The notes: generated by a model from the sequence alone, not told the origin. Positions 36,910-46,940 are shown, counted from the stretch's first letter. The stretch: 62,773 nucleotides of DNA from an uncultured Clostridiaceae bacterium (GCA_948469815.1 CAOKMR010000002.1:1-62773); one strand, 5' to 3'. Program-made: numbers and translations.

Positions 36910-39900
36910 TGAGTACAAATGTAGGAGAAATTGATCTTAGTTTAATATTAAATAGTGGTAAATTTAGTTCACAATTGAAAAATATTGATGCACAAGCAAA
37001 TACTGCTTCTTCTAAAATCTCATCATCATTGTCTAAAATTGGTAAGGCTGCACTCGCAGCTTTTTCTGTTGCTGCAGTAGTTAAATGGGGAAAAGAATGC
37101 TTAAATGTGGCAACCGAAACTTCTAATGCTTGGATAGGGTTAAATTCAATATTAACTGGCCAAGGAAAAAGTTTTGATAAGGCAAAACAATTTATTAATG
37201 ATTATATATCAGATGGTTTAGTTCCTTTGAATAATGCTGTAACAGCATATAAAAATTTGGCAGCAAGAGGGTATAACGAAGATCAAATCAAAAAAACAAT
37301 GATAGCATTAAAAAATAGTGCAACATTTGGTAGACAGAGCACATATACCCTTGGCGAAGCAGTACAAACTGCATCTGAAGGTTTAAAAAATGAGAATAGT
37401 ATATTAGTTGATAATGCAGGTGTTACAAAGAATGTAGCAAAAATGTGGGAAGATTATGCAAAATCAATAGGAAAAACAACAAATAATCTTACACAGCAAG
37501 AAAAGATACAAGCAGAAGTAAATGGAATTTTACAAGAAACAAAATTTCAAAGTAATGATGCTGCGATTTATGCAAATACTTATTCAGGAAAAGTAGCACA
37601 ATTATCACAAGCATTTACAACTATGAAAACAGCAATAGGAAATGTAATACAGCCAATTGCAAAACTATTTATACCAATTGTTACAAGTGCAATAAATGTA
37701 GTTACAAAATTATTTACAGCAATTTCAGGTCTACTTGCATTATTTGGATTAAAAGCTGATAGTGTTGAAACAGTATCAAGTGGGATGGGAGATTTAGCAA
37801 CTTCGGCGAACAATGCTTCTGATGCAGTATCAGGAGTAGGAGATAGTGCAAAAAAAGCAGGAAAAGATGCAAAAAAAGCTTCAAATAATTTGGCAGCATT
37901 TGATAATTTAAATGTACTTCCAAAAGATACATCTTCTTCAGGAAGTGGAGGTGCTGGAAGCAGTAATGTAGGTGCAGGATTAAAAGATTCGCTAGATGTA
38001 TCAAGTAAAATTACTGAAGATACATCTGCATTTGATAGTTTAATTGGTAGAGTAAAAGAATTAGCAAGCATATTCAAAGAAGGATTTGATATTAGTTTTG
38101 GAAATACAAACTTTGATGGCATAATAAGTCATTTAAATGGAATAAAAAACACACTTATTGATATTTGGACAGATCCTGATGTGTTAAATTCAGCAAAACA
38201 ATGGGCTGATACTATGTTATATTCATTAGGACAAACAGTTGGTGCTGTTGCAAGAATTGGTACAAATATCATTGAAGGTTTTGTTGGAAGTATAGACAAA
38301 TATTTGTCACAAAATGTAGACAGAATTAAAGGGTTTATTTGTAAAATGTTTGATATTTCAAGTGCTGATATGGCTTTGACAGGTAACCTTTGGCAAGCAC
38401 TAGGAGAAATTTCTGATGTATTTAAAAGTGATGTGGCAAAACAAATAGGTGCTGATATTATTGCAATGTTTGCAAATCCCTTAATGAGTGCATTAGAATT
38501 ATGTAGTAAATTTGCACTTGATGTAAAAAGTGTATTGTTTCAGCCAATTATAGATAATGCAGAAAAAATAAAAACCACTATTGAAAATGTAATGAAACCA
38601 ATACAAACATTTACAGGAACTTTAGCAGAAGCAATGACTTATGTAGGTGATAAATGGAACGAAGTTTATGATCAACATATACATCCTTTTATGGAAAGCC
38701 TAAAAACAGGATTAAGTGATACTTTTGGAAAGTTTTTAGATGTATATAACACTTATGTTGTTCCTTTTCTACAAAATATGGCAAATAAGTTTAACGAATT
38801 ATGGAATACACATTTAAAACCATTTGTAGATAAAGTTGGAGAACTTATTGGAAGTATAGCAGATGCATTGACAGCTTTATGGGAAAATATTTTAAAACCA
38901 GTTGTAGATTGGATTATTCAAAATATTATACCAGTTTTAGTTCCAATATTTGAAAGTTTATGGAATACGATATGCAATGTTTTTGGAGCAATAGCTGACA
39001 CAATAGGAGGAATAATTGATACTTTTAGAGGATTAATAGATTTTATTGTAGGAATTTTTACAGGAGATTGGAATAAAGCTTGGGAAGGTATAAAGACTTT
39101 CTTTGGTGGAATTTGGGATGCAATAAAAGGTATTGTATCAGTTGTATGGAATGCAATTAAAGGAATAATTGAAACAGTTATAAACATCATAAAAGGAATT
39201 ATAACAACAGTATTTAATGCAATAAAGACTGTTATAACTAATATATGGAATGGAATTAAGACAACAATTTCTAATGCGATAAATGCAATTAAGAACACAA
39301 TAACAAATATATTTAATGCAATAAAGCAGTTTTTTACAGATGTATGGAATAGCATTTCAAATACTATTAAAAATTTAATAAATGGTATTAAAAATACAAT
39401 TTCAAGTGTGCTAAATACTATAAAATCAATATGGTCAAATATATGGAATGGCATTAAATCAACAGTAACAAATATATGGAACAATATTTCAAGTACAATT
39501 TCAAATGTTATAAACAATATAAAGAATACAATTTCAAATGTTATAAATAGCATAAAATCCGTATGGGATAATGTTTGGAATGGAATGAAAAATACAATTA
39601 CAAATGTCTTTAACGGAATATGGAATACCATAAAAGGAGTCATTAATTCGATTTTAGGTGGCGTTGAAAAAATGGCAAATGGAGTTATAAATGGAATTAA
39701 TGGAATGATTAGAGCATTGAACAATTTGAGTTTTGATGTACCTGACTGGGTTCCTGGATTAGGTGGCAAAAAATTTGGATTTAACATAGGAACAATAGGC
39801 AATGTCTCATTACCAAGACTTGCTGAAGGTGGATATGTAAAAGCCAATACACCACAATTAGCAATGATAGGAGATAACAAAAATCAAGGAGAAATTGTTG

Positions 39901-40115
39901 CTCCTGAAGATAAGATAATCGAAAATGTAATAGAGGCATTAAAATTATTCTTTAAAGAGCAGGCCAATAGCAGTAGAAGCAATAATAATAAAGAAAATAC
40001 TATTGTTATAAACTTTGAAGGAAGTTTAGCACAACTTGTTAGAATACTAAAACCAGAACTTGACAATGAGAGTTTAAGAAGAGGAACAAAATTAGTTATA
40101 GGAGGTACTTCATAA
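36909..40115 (+). CDS. Tail tape measure protein
   Basis: 1068 aa with hydrophobic/Gly-rich segments and a long repetitive W/N/I/K-rich region. Called from position. Confidence 0.9.
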   Translation: MSTNVGEIDLSLILNSGKFSSQLKNIDAQANTASSKISSSLSKIGKAALAAFSVAAVVKWGKECLNVATETSNAWIGLNSILTGQGKSFDKAKQFINDYISDGLVPLNNAVTAYKNLAARGYNEDQIKKTMIALKNSATFGRQSTYTLGEAVQTASEGLKNENSILVDNAGVTKNVAKMWEDYAKSIGKTTNNLTQQEKIQAEVNGILQETKFQSNDAAIYANTYSGKVAQLSQAFTTMKTAIGNVIQPIAKLFIPIVTSAINVVTKLFTAISGLLALFGLKADSVETVSSGMGDLATSANNASDAVSGVGDSAKKAGKDAKKASNNLAAFDNLNVLPKDTSSSGSGGAGSSNVGAGLKDSLDVSSKITEDTSAFDSLIGRVKELASIFKEGFDISFGNTNFDGIISHLNGIKNTLIDIWTDPDVLNSAKQWADTMLYSLGQTVGAVARIGTNIIEGFVGSIDKYLSQNVDRIKGFICKMFDISSADMALTGNLWQALGEISDVFKSDVAKQIGADIIAMFANPLMSALELCSKFALDVKSVLFQPIIDNAEKIKTTIENVMKPIQTFTGTLAEAMTYVGDKWNEVYDQHIHPFMESLKTGLSDTFGKFLDVYNTYVVPFLQNMANKFNELWNTHLKPFVDKVGELIGSIADALTALWENILKPVVDWIIQNIIPVLVPIFESLWNTICNVFGAIADTIGGIIDTFRGLIDFIVGIFTGDWNKAWEGIKTFFGGIWDAIKGIVSVVWNAIKGIIETVINIIKGIITTVFNAIKTVITNIWNGIKTTISNAINAIKNTITNIFNAIKQFFTDVWNSISNTIKNLINGIKNTISSVLNTIKSIWSNIWNGIKSTVTNIWNNISSTISNVINNIKNTISNVINSIKSVWDNVWNGMKNTITNVFNGIWNTIKGVINSILGGVEKMANGVINGINGMIRALNNLSFDVPDWVPGLGGKKFGFNIGTIGNVSLPRLAEGGYVKANTPQLAMIGDNKNQGEIVAPEDKIIENVIEALKLFFKEQANSSRSNNNKENTIVINFEGSLAQLVRILKPELDNESLRRGTKLVIGGTS
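39110..39660 (+). repeat. Degenerate tandem coding repeats inside the tape measure gene
   Basis: Recurring ..IWNGIK..I.N.IN.IKNTI.N.. units, more than 10 copies at the protein level. Confidence 0.6.
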
Positions 40116-40501
40116 TGGCAATTACATATGATTTTATAATAATTGATGGACAACAATATAATATTGATGTTTATATAGGAATCAAAGAAACAGCAGATTT
40201 TTTAGATAAATATGCAAATAGAACAGACGATGGAGACCTCCAAAGAGAATTGATTGGTGTTTATTTTAATTATTCTGATATTAAGTTCGAGCCACAAACA
40301 GACAATAATTATGATGAATTTGAAAGGCTATGGAATAAGCTAACAGAAGCAGAGGAATTTCATACAGTTAAGATTGCTAATCTTGAATTTAAGGCATACT
40401 TCAATAATGTTTCAAGAGTAATTTACGATTTTAGAAATAATAAAGCATATAAAAAAGATATGACTGTAAACTTCACAGCTAAAAAGCCAGCAAGGAGTTG
40501 A
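40115..40501 (+). CDS. Tail protein (distal-tail position)
   Basis: 128 aa, immediately after the tape measure gene. Confidence 0.5.
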   Translation: MAITYDFIIIDGQQYNIDVYIGIKETADFLDKYANRTDDGDLQRELIGVYFNYSDIKFEPQTDNNYDEFERLWNKLTEAEEFHTVKIANLEFKAYFNNVSRVIYDFRNNKAYKKDMTVNFTAKKPARS

Positions 40502-40507
40502 TAGAAT

Positions 40508-42217
40508 ATGAAAACAAAAGCAAGTATAACATTTGGATTAGTTGATGTTACAGCAAAAGAAGATAGTACCATAACAGTTAATGATAAGCAAAATTTTGTA
40601 GATATTATGGATTTAAAAAAAGATAATATTGAAGAAATTAAATATGGTACTTGTGAGAAAAATCAATTTGCATTAAATGGAACATTTCAGCTAATGCCAG
40701 ATTATGAACAATTAGAAAATATGTGCTGGTGGTCAAATAAAATGAGTAATGAAAAAGGCGAATTTGATACGCCTCTAGTTATGGAAATAAATTTTACAGA
40801 AGCACATAGCAGTTTAGGTATTACTTTAATATTTAGTTCTGCGAATGATTATTGTAGCAAGCTAAATTTAAAATATTATGATATAAATAATAATTTGTTA
40901 AGTGATTCTGATTATTATCCTACAAATTACTATACTATATGCAATAATATTTGTGAGAACTACCATAAAATTGTTATTACATTTTATAGTACCAATAACC
41001 CATATAGATATTTAAAATTATATAAAATCTTGTATGGTGCTGAAAAGGTCTTTGAAGGTGATAGTTTAATGAGTGCAAAGCTATTAGAGGAAACAAGTCT
41101 AATCAGTGATGAGCTTACTATAAATACTTTAGACTTTACTTTATTTTCTGAAAATGATGAGTTTAACATTGTAAATCCACAAGGATTTTATAGGTTGCTT
41201 CAGCAAAGGCAAAGATTAAATGTAAAGGAAACATTATTAAAAGAAAATAAAGAAAAAGATATGGGAGTGTATTATCTGAACTCTTGGAAAAATAAAGAAG
41301 ATAAAATAATGGAAATGAGTGCAACTGATATTATTGGGGTATTAGACAAAACAAGCTTCAATGGAGGTATGTATAAAAAAATCAAGTTCAAAGATCTGAT
41401 CAAAGAAATCTTGGAATCAGCTAGATTATATAATGATGAATATAGTATAGAAGATAGTTTAAAAAATATTGAACTTACAGGATACATTCCTATTTGCAGT
41501 CATAGAGAAGCATTACAACAAGCTGTATTTGCTGTTGGTGCGATTGTTAATTCTACACGAGGATCAGTCATAAAAATGTATCCACTTAATACAGAAGCAG
41601 AAATTGTAAATACAATGGATAAAACTAATGTATGGCAAAATACAAAAAAATTCACACAAATGGATATAGTAACTGGAGTAGAAGTAACAGCACATGAATA
41701 TGTTGCTGATACAGAAGAAACTAAATTATATGAAGCAAATTTAAAAGCAGGAAATTCAAAAGTTGTATTTAATGAACCAGTAGCAAGTATGACCTGCGAA
41801 GGTGGAACAGTTATTGAAAGTAATTGTAATTATGCTATTATTTATTGCTCTAAAGATAGCAATGTTGTTATTAGTGGATATAAATATAAAGATAATATGC
41901 AGACTTATTTAGTGGAAATTAAAAATTTAGATCCAACATTAAAACAAAACACTTTAAAGGTAGAATCAGGATATTTAATAGATAGAAATAATGCTGAAGA
42001 AGTAGGGGCAAGAATATTAGCATATTATGAAAAAACTTATAAAACAGAATATACTAATGTATTGAAAAATGAGGAACTTTCTAACTGTGTGGATGTTGAA
42101 GGATATGCTGGACAAAAACTAAAAGGAGTTATAACAAAACAAGATATTGATTTGACTGGTGGATTTATATCAGATACAGAAATAATTGCTAAAATAAAGG
42201 AGGACGAAGATGGATAA
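40508..42217 (+). CDS. Tail-tip/baseplate protein
   Basis: 569 aa; called from position. Confidence 0.55.
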   Translation: MKTKASITFGLVDVTAKEDSTITVNDKQNFVDIMDLKKDNIEEIKYGTCEKNQFALNGTFQLMPDYEQLENMCWWSNKMSNEKGEFDTPLVMEINFTEAHSSLGITLIFSSANDYCSKLNLKYYDINNNLLSDSDYYPTNYYTICNNICENYHKIVITFYSTNNPYRYLKLYKILYGAEKVFEGDSLMSAKLLEETSLISDELTINTLDFTLFSENDEFNIVNPQGFYRLLQQRQRLNVKETLLKENKEKDMGVYYLNSWKNKEDKIMEMSATDIIGVLDKTSFNGGMYKKIKFKDLIKEILESARLYNDEYSIEDSLKNIELTGYIPICSHREALQQAVFAVGAIVNSTRGSVIKMYPLNTEAEIVNTMDKTNVWQNTKKFTQMDIVTGVEVTAHEYVADTEETKLYEANLKAGNSKVVFNEPVASMTCEGGTVIESNCNYAIIYCSKDSNVVISGYKYKDNMQTYLVEIKNLDPTLKQNTLKVESGYLIDRNNAEEVGARILAYYEKTYKTEYTNVLKNEELSNCVDVEGYAGQKLKGVITKQDIDLTGGFISDTEIIAKIKEDEDG

Positions 42218-42935
42218 TTTAATATTTGATAGATTATCAAGTGATGTTGATAATGCACTGAATAATCCAAACAGCACTCAAGATTTAAAAGGTGCTTATA
42301 ATTATTCTGACCTAAATAGGGTTGAATCTTGGTGTGAATATTTGCAACATTTTTTAGAAATATGGGGATTTAAAAAAGAATTAATCGTAAAAAAAGACTG
42401 GAATATTAGAGATTATCCAACAAGAACAGAAGTAGACAGAATAAGAAATAACATTAACACACTAAAAAGTTTTTGCCAAGCAATTCAAACAGAAAATATA
42501 TTATATAACAACACATTAAATTATGAACAAGCAAATGCATTAGAAAAAATAATGTATGATATAGTTCAGCATATTGAAACCAATAGTAGAACTGATGATT
42601 TTGACTATTATGTGGCCATATTTTCAATGTGTGAAAAATTTTACGATATGAATATAAACGAGGATGTATTATATAAATACAGAGAAACCAAACAAAATAA
42701 TGAAATAGGAATCACAGTAACAAAAAATAGTTTCTGTGATTTTAATTTAGATGTACATAAGTGGGAAAAAGATTCAAAGACATCTATGTTTTTAGCTGCA
42801 GCATTAAGAGCAATTGTAAAGGTAGAAACTACTTTAAATCAAGAGTCTTATGATGTAAATAGAAATATAGAAAATAGTTATAATTATGGATTATATATAA
42901 CTACAAATAAATTTATAGATATGGAGGTAATTTAA
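42210..42935 (+). CDS. Hypothetical tail-associated protein
   Basis: 241 aa; called from position. Confidence 0.45.
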   Translation: MDNLIFDRLSSDVDNALNNPNSTQDLKGAYNYSDLNRVESWCEYLQHFLEIWGFKKELIVKKDWNIRDYPTRTEVDRIRNNINTLKSFCQAIQTENILYNNTLNYEQANALEKIMYDIVQHIETNSRTDDFDYYVAIFSMCEKFYDMNINEDVLYKYRETKQNNEIGITVTKNSFCDFNLDVHKWEKDSKTSMFLAAALRAIVKVETTLNQESYDVNRNIENSYNYGLYITTNKFIDMEVI

Positions 42936-42936
42936 T

Positions 42937-44082
42937 ATGAGTACAGGTGTATGTTACATAACAACACAGGGAGCAATTTTATCAGCAAAAACCTTGCAAG
43001 GCAAAAAATTAGAAATAACAAAATTTACTGCAGGAGATGGATATTTAACAGATGATAGCGTTGATGCAATAAAAGCTCTAACAAATTTAGTTAGTTCAAA
43101 AATATCATTTCCTGTAACAAATATTGTTAGAGATACAAATACAAGAGTAAAAGTGCAAGGTACTTTTAGAAATATTGATATTGCAGAAGCATTTTATTTT
43201 AGAGAATTAGGGTTATGGGCAATAGATCCTGATACAGTTTCTTTTGCATTAACTACAGATACAGAAATAAACAGTACAAAAACATATTATACTTATAATT
43301 CTTCTACAGGAGAATATACAGCAGTTTCAAGTCCAGCTTTAGCAGATATTGGAACATATTATGAAAGATCATATACAGAAGTGCTATTTTCATATATTAA
43401 CTATGGAGATGTAGCAGAGTATATAAATAATTCAATTTCAGAGGTTCAGGAAAGGTTTTATACACAAAACATTGTTGTTGATAATGCAAGCAATGTTACA
43501 ATTACAATAGATCCTTATGCTTCTTATGCTACAATAAGAGATTTACAACAAGCAGTTGATGATTTAGAGGAAGAAATAGACACTAAAATATCATCAGTTT
43601 ATAAATATAAAGGTAGTGTAAATGCTTATAGTAATCTACCCACAACAGGACAAAAAGTAGGAGATGTATATAATATTGAAACAGCAGACTCAACACACGG
43701 AATTAAAGCTGGAGATAATGTTGCTTGGAATGGTACAAGCTGGGATTCGCTTGCAGGAACAATTGATCTATCTGCATACATTACATCAGAAACTGCAGCA
43801 AATACTTATGTTTCAAAATCAAGTTTAGCACCAAACGCAATGAATTTAACGCCTAATATGTTTATCCAAGATGGTGATTTATATAAATGCACTGTTACAA
43901 ATACACAAGTAACAGCTTCAAGTTCCGTTTGGGTAGATATTTCAAAAGATACAATGTCTATTGCAGAAGAGGCAGGTGTAAAAAGTTATGTTACAATAAA
44001 TGCAGGAAGTTTTGAAATTTATGCCGATGCAGTTCCAAGTGCTAATATTACAGGAAGTTATATCATATTAGGAGGTGCATAA
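42937..44082 (+). CDS. Tail fibre protein
   Basis: 381 aa. N-terminal ..YITTQGAILSAKTLQGKKLEITKFTAGDG.. resembles tail-collar/fibre N-termini. Confidence 0.6.
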   Translation: MSTGVCYITTQGAILSAKTLQGKKLEITKFTAGDGYLTDDSVDAIKALTNLVSSKISFPVTNIVRDTNTRVKVQGTFRNIDIAEAFYFRELGLWAIDPDTVSFALTTDTEINSTKTYYTYNSSTGEYTAVSSPALADIGTYYERSYTEVLFSYINYGDVAEYINNSISEVQERFYTQNIVVDNASNVTITIDPYASYATIRDLQQAVDDLEEEIDTKISSVYKYKGSVNAYSNLPTTGQKVGDVYNIETADSTHGIKAGDNVAWNGTSWDSLAGTIDLSAYITSETAANTYVSKSSLAPNAMNLTPNMFIQDGDLYKCTVTNTQVTASSSVWVDISKDTMSIAEEAGVKSYVTINAGSFEIYADAVPSANITGSYIILGGA

Positions 44083-44083
44083 T

Positions 44084-45208
44084 ATGGGCTATGGGAGAAC
44101 AAATTTAGCATTAGGGCCAATAAATGTACTAGCAAATAGAGTTAGACCTATTATAATGGGTGTAAAAAGACAAATTTCATCTTCAGCTACAGCTTGGGAA
44201 AGAACAGATGGATCTATTGGGATGGTGGCCAATGCTACTCACGATGGAACAGCAGTACAAAACGACTTTGATACAGCACCAATTTATGCAGATATCTTAA
44301 CAATGGATATATCAGCAAATGGCAATATTAATAGAAAATACGGAGATGCAGATTTTTCTTTCACGAATCCAGTAGGTTATATTGTAACTTATTTCCCAGA
44401 ATTTTGGTACAAAAGATGGCAAGCAGATGGTTGGGAATACATACAAATAAGCAATGTAGAACAAGAAGGTTTTGAATATTCAGAGCCTTTTTATATAGGA
44501 AGATATACTACAGGTGGTAATAGTTCGGCTGTTACTTGTAAGAGTGGCGTTTCAAGTTTTGTAAATATTTCTATTACTAATTTGAGAACATATAGTAAAA
44601 ATGTTGGAGCAGGTTGGGGACTAATGGACATATGGAGATGGTCAATGCTTCAGCTTCTTTATTTAGTTGAGTATGCAGATTATAATAGTCAAGCAAAATT
44701 AGGATATGGAAATTGTAGTACATCAGCAGCTATAAATACAGGAAGTTGTGATGCTTTAGGTATGAAGTCAGGATGTATAAAAAACGATAAAAAATCAGGT
44801 GTTATTTATAGAGGAGTAGAAAATATATTTAGTAATATATACCAATGGCTTGATGGAATTAATATAGGTACAGGTCCAAAATCTTGGGTGTGTAAAGATA
44901 GAAGTCAATATGCATCAGATAAAACTGCAAGTCCATATGTTCAAGTAAGTTATACAGAGGCATCAGGAAGTAGAATATCAAAAATGGGATACGATCCTAA
45001 TAACCCAGCAGTACAAAGAGCGATTGAATGTAGCGGCTCTGATACGACCCACTGCCCAGACTACTTCAGCTCGAGTTCTGGTTGCGCTGTGTTTGTTGGT
45101 GGTGATTGGAATGATGGTTTGAATTGTGGCTTGTGGTGCGCTAGTTGCAACAGTGCTTCGGGCACTCACACGAGCATCGGCGGTCGCCTTCTTTTCATAC
45201 CAGTATAA
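44084..45208 (+). CDS. DGR target: receptor-binding tail protein with C-terminal C-type-lectin/FGE-sulfatase-like variable region
   Basis: C-terminus ..GGDWNDGLNCGLW..SIGGRL contains the VR. ATG 44084 lies 8 nt after GGAGG; the track start at 44075 is GTG. Confidence 0.85.
   Translation: MGYGRTNLALGPINVLANRVRPIIMGVKRQISSSATAWERTDGSIGMVANATHDGTAVQNDFDTAPIYADILTMDISANGNINRKYGDADFSFTNPVGYIVTYFPEFWYKRWQADGWEYIQISNVEQEGFEYSEPFYIGRYTTGGNSSAVTCKSGVSSFVNISITNLRTYSKNVGAGWGLMDIWRWSMLQLLYLVEYADYNSQAKLGYGNCSTSAAINTGSCDALGMKSGCIKNDKKSGVIYRGVENIFSNIYQWLDGINIGTGPKSWVCKDRSQYASDKTASPYVQVSYTEASGSRISKMGYDPNNPAVQRAIECSGSDTTHCPDYFSSSSGCAVFVGGDWNDGLNCGLWCASCNSASGTHTSIGGRLLFIPV
45061..45191 (+). repeat. DGR variable repeat (VR)
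   Basis: 131 bp aligned without gaps to TR. There are 11 mismatches, all at TR adenines. GC-rich 3' end catcggcggtcgccttc (IMH-like). Confidence 0.9.
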
Positions 45209-45209
45209 C

Positions 45210-45236
45210 GGGGGTTTGGGGGTGGTCAACCCCCAT
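45210..45236 (+). other. GC-rich hairpin immediately downstream of VR and the stop codon
   Basis: gggggtt...aaccccc (or ggggg-tggtcaa-ccccc), starting 2 nt after TAA 45206-45208. Confidence 0.55.
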
Positions 45237-45334
45237 AAAGATTAACTGAAATACAATGGAGTTATATTTTCTTTAGATTTCTTTTATAATCATCATAGGG
45301 GATTTGATGTGCGACAGCCCATTTGTGTTGTTTA

Positions 45335-45465
45335 CTACTTCAACTCGAGTTCTGGTTACGCTGTGTATGTTGGTGGTAATTGGAATGATGGTTTGAATTG
45401 TGGCTTGTGGTACGCTAATTACAACAGTGCTTCGAACACTAACACGAACATCGGCGGTCGCCTTC
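45335..45465 (+). repeat. DGR template repeat (TR), part of the TR-RNA
   Basis: The invariant copy, carrying AAC/TAC codons where VR is substituted. Lies 136 nt upstream of the RT gene. Confidence 0.9.
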
Positions 45466-45601
45466 ACTTATATCAAAATATAAAGAACTTGCACATCATT
45501 TTCCTTGCCACTCGGCAAAAATTAATCGCTCTGGATTAGCTTAGTAGTCCCATTATGGATCGAAAAGTTGGTAGATGATATAAAAGAAAAGAGAACCAGG
45601 T

Positions 45602-46657
45602 ATGAAAAGAAAAGGAAATATTTACGAAAAAATATGTACTTTTGAAAACTGCAAACTAGCAATAATTAAGGCATCAAAAAATAAAAAGTATAGAAATGAT
45701 GTAAATTGTATTTTGAATAATATAGACAATTATGCAATGAACTTAAGTAAAATACTAAAAAACAAGACATATGAACCAAGTCCGTATATTGAAAAGAAAA
45801 TATATGATGGAGCAAACAAAAAAGAAAGAGTAATATATAAACCTAAATTCTATCCTGACCAATGTGTACATTGGTCTTTGATGTTGCAAATAGAGGATAT
45901 CCTAAAAAAAGGAATGTATGACTGGAGTTGTGCGGCAATCGAGGGAAGAGGTGTACATTATGGAGCAAGGCATATTAGGAAAATACTTGTTAGGGATAGA
46001 AAAAATACAAAATATTGCTTGAAATTAGATATCAAGAAATATTATCCCTCTATAAACAAAGAACTACTAAAAAAGAAATTTAGAAGAATAATAAAAGACT
46101 ATGATGTTTTAAATTTAATAGATTCAATTATAGATAGTTCTGCAGATGGACTACCAATAGGAAATTTTACTTCACAATGGTTTGCAAATTTTAATCTTCA
46201 AGATTTGGATCACTATATAAAAGAACAATTAAAAGTAAAATATTATATTCGCTATATGGATGATATGGTTTTATTCCATAGGAACAAAAAAGAACTTCAC
46301 AAAATAAGAATAGCTGTAGATGAATTTTTACACAAAGAAGGTTTAAGAATAAAAGAAAATTGGACATTATTCAAAGTAGATAGTAGGCCAATAGATTTTA
46401 TGGGCTTTCGTTTTTACAGAGGATATACAACTTTAAGGCGAGGCATATTCCTACGAATGAAACGCAGAATCAAAAGAATATATAAAAAAGGGAAAATAAC
46501 ACAAAATGATGCAGGTGCAGTAATGAGCTATCATGGATGGATAACTAACTCTAATTCATATAAAATACATCAAAAATATGTAAGACCATACATAAATATG
46601 AAAGAATGTAAGCAAGTATTGAAAAATCAAAAGAAGATTCTAAAAAAAGACTTTTAA
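45602..46657 (+). CDS. DGR reverse transcriptase
   Basis: 351 aa with LPIGNFTSQWFAN (DGR-type SQ motif), YIRYMDDMVLF (YxDD) and FMGFRF. Confidence 0.93.
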   Translation: MKRKGNIYEKICTFENCKLAIIKASKNKKYRNDVNCILNNIDNYAMNLSKILKNKTYEPSPYIEKKIYDGANKKERVIYKPKFYPDQCVHWSLMLQIEDILKKGMYDWSCAAIEGRGVHYGARHIRKILVRDRKNTKYCLKLDIKKYYPSINKELLKKKFRRIIKDYDVLNLIDSIIDSSADGLPIGNFTSQWFANFNLQDLDHYIKEQLKVKYYIRYMDDMVLFHRNKKELHKIRIAVDEFLHKEGLRIKENWTLFKVDSRPIDFMGFRFYRGYTTLRRGIFLRMKRRIKRIYKKGKITQNDAGAVMSYHGWITNSNSYKIHQKYVRPYINMKECKQVLKNQKKILKKDF

Positions 46658-46694
46658 TAGTCTTTTTTTTATTGAATCAGAAAGGATGGGTACA

Positions 46695-46940
46695 ATGGAA
46701 CAAAATTTTGAAACAGAAGTATTAACAAGATTGACTAAAATTGAAACAAAACTTGATGATTATAAATCAGTAAAAGATAAATCTGATACAGCTTATACAA
46801 TAGCAATCGAAAATCAAAAAGAAATAGAAGAAATTAATGAAAGAATAAAATGGATCACAAGGACTGTAGTAGCTGCAGTTATAACTGGAGTAATTGGAAT
46901 AGGAATTGCACTATTAAAAAGTGGAATTGGAATCCATTAG
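46695..46940 (+). CDS. XhlA-like lysis accessory protein
   Basis: Coiled-coil N-terminus and a single C-terminal TM helix (VVAAVITGVIGIGIALL). ATG 46695 has better RBS spacing than 46686. Confidence 0.65.
   Translation: MEQNFETEVLTRLTKIETKLDDYKSVKDKSDTAYTIAIENQKEIEEINERIKWITRTVVAAVITGVIGIGIALLKSGIGIH

Noticed and set aside
45273-45539. ORFs 45309-45539 (+) and 45273-45467 (-) overlapping the DGR template repeat.
   Set aside because: They are simply the TR copy of the target C-terminus read in frame, or its antisense. They have no RBS and no independent start context. TR functions as RNA.
45602-46657. Reverse transcriptase as a retron, group II intron or Abi-type defence RT.
   Set aside because: The adjacent TR/VR pair with adenine-only differences and the IGNxxSQ motif identify it as a DGR RT. 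No intron RNA domains, msr/msd-like inverted repeats or maturase/endonuclease domains were seen.
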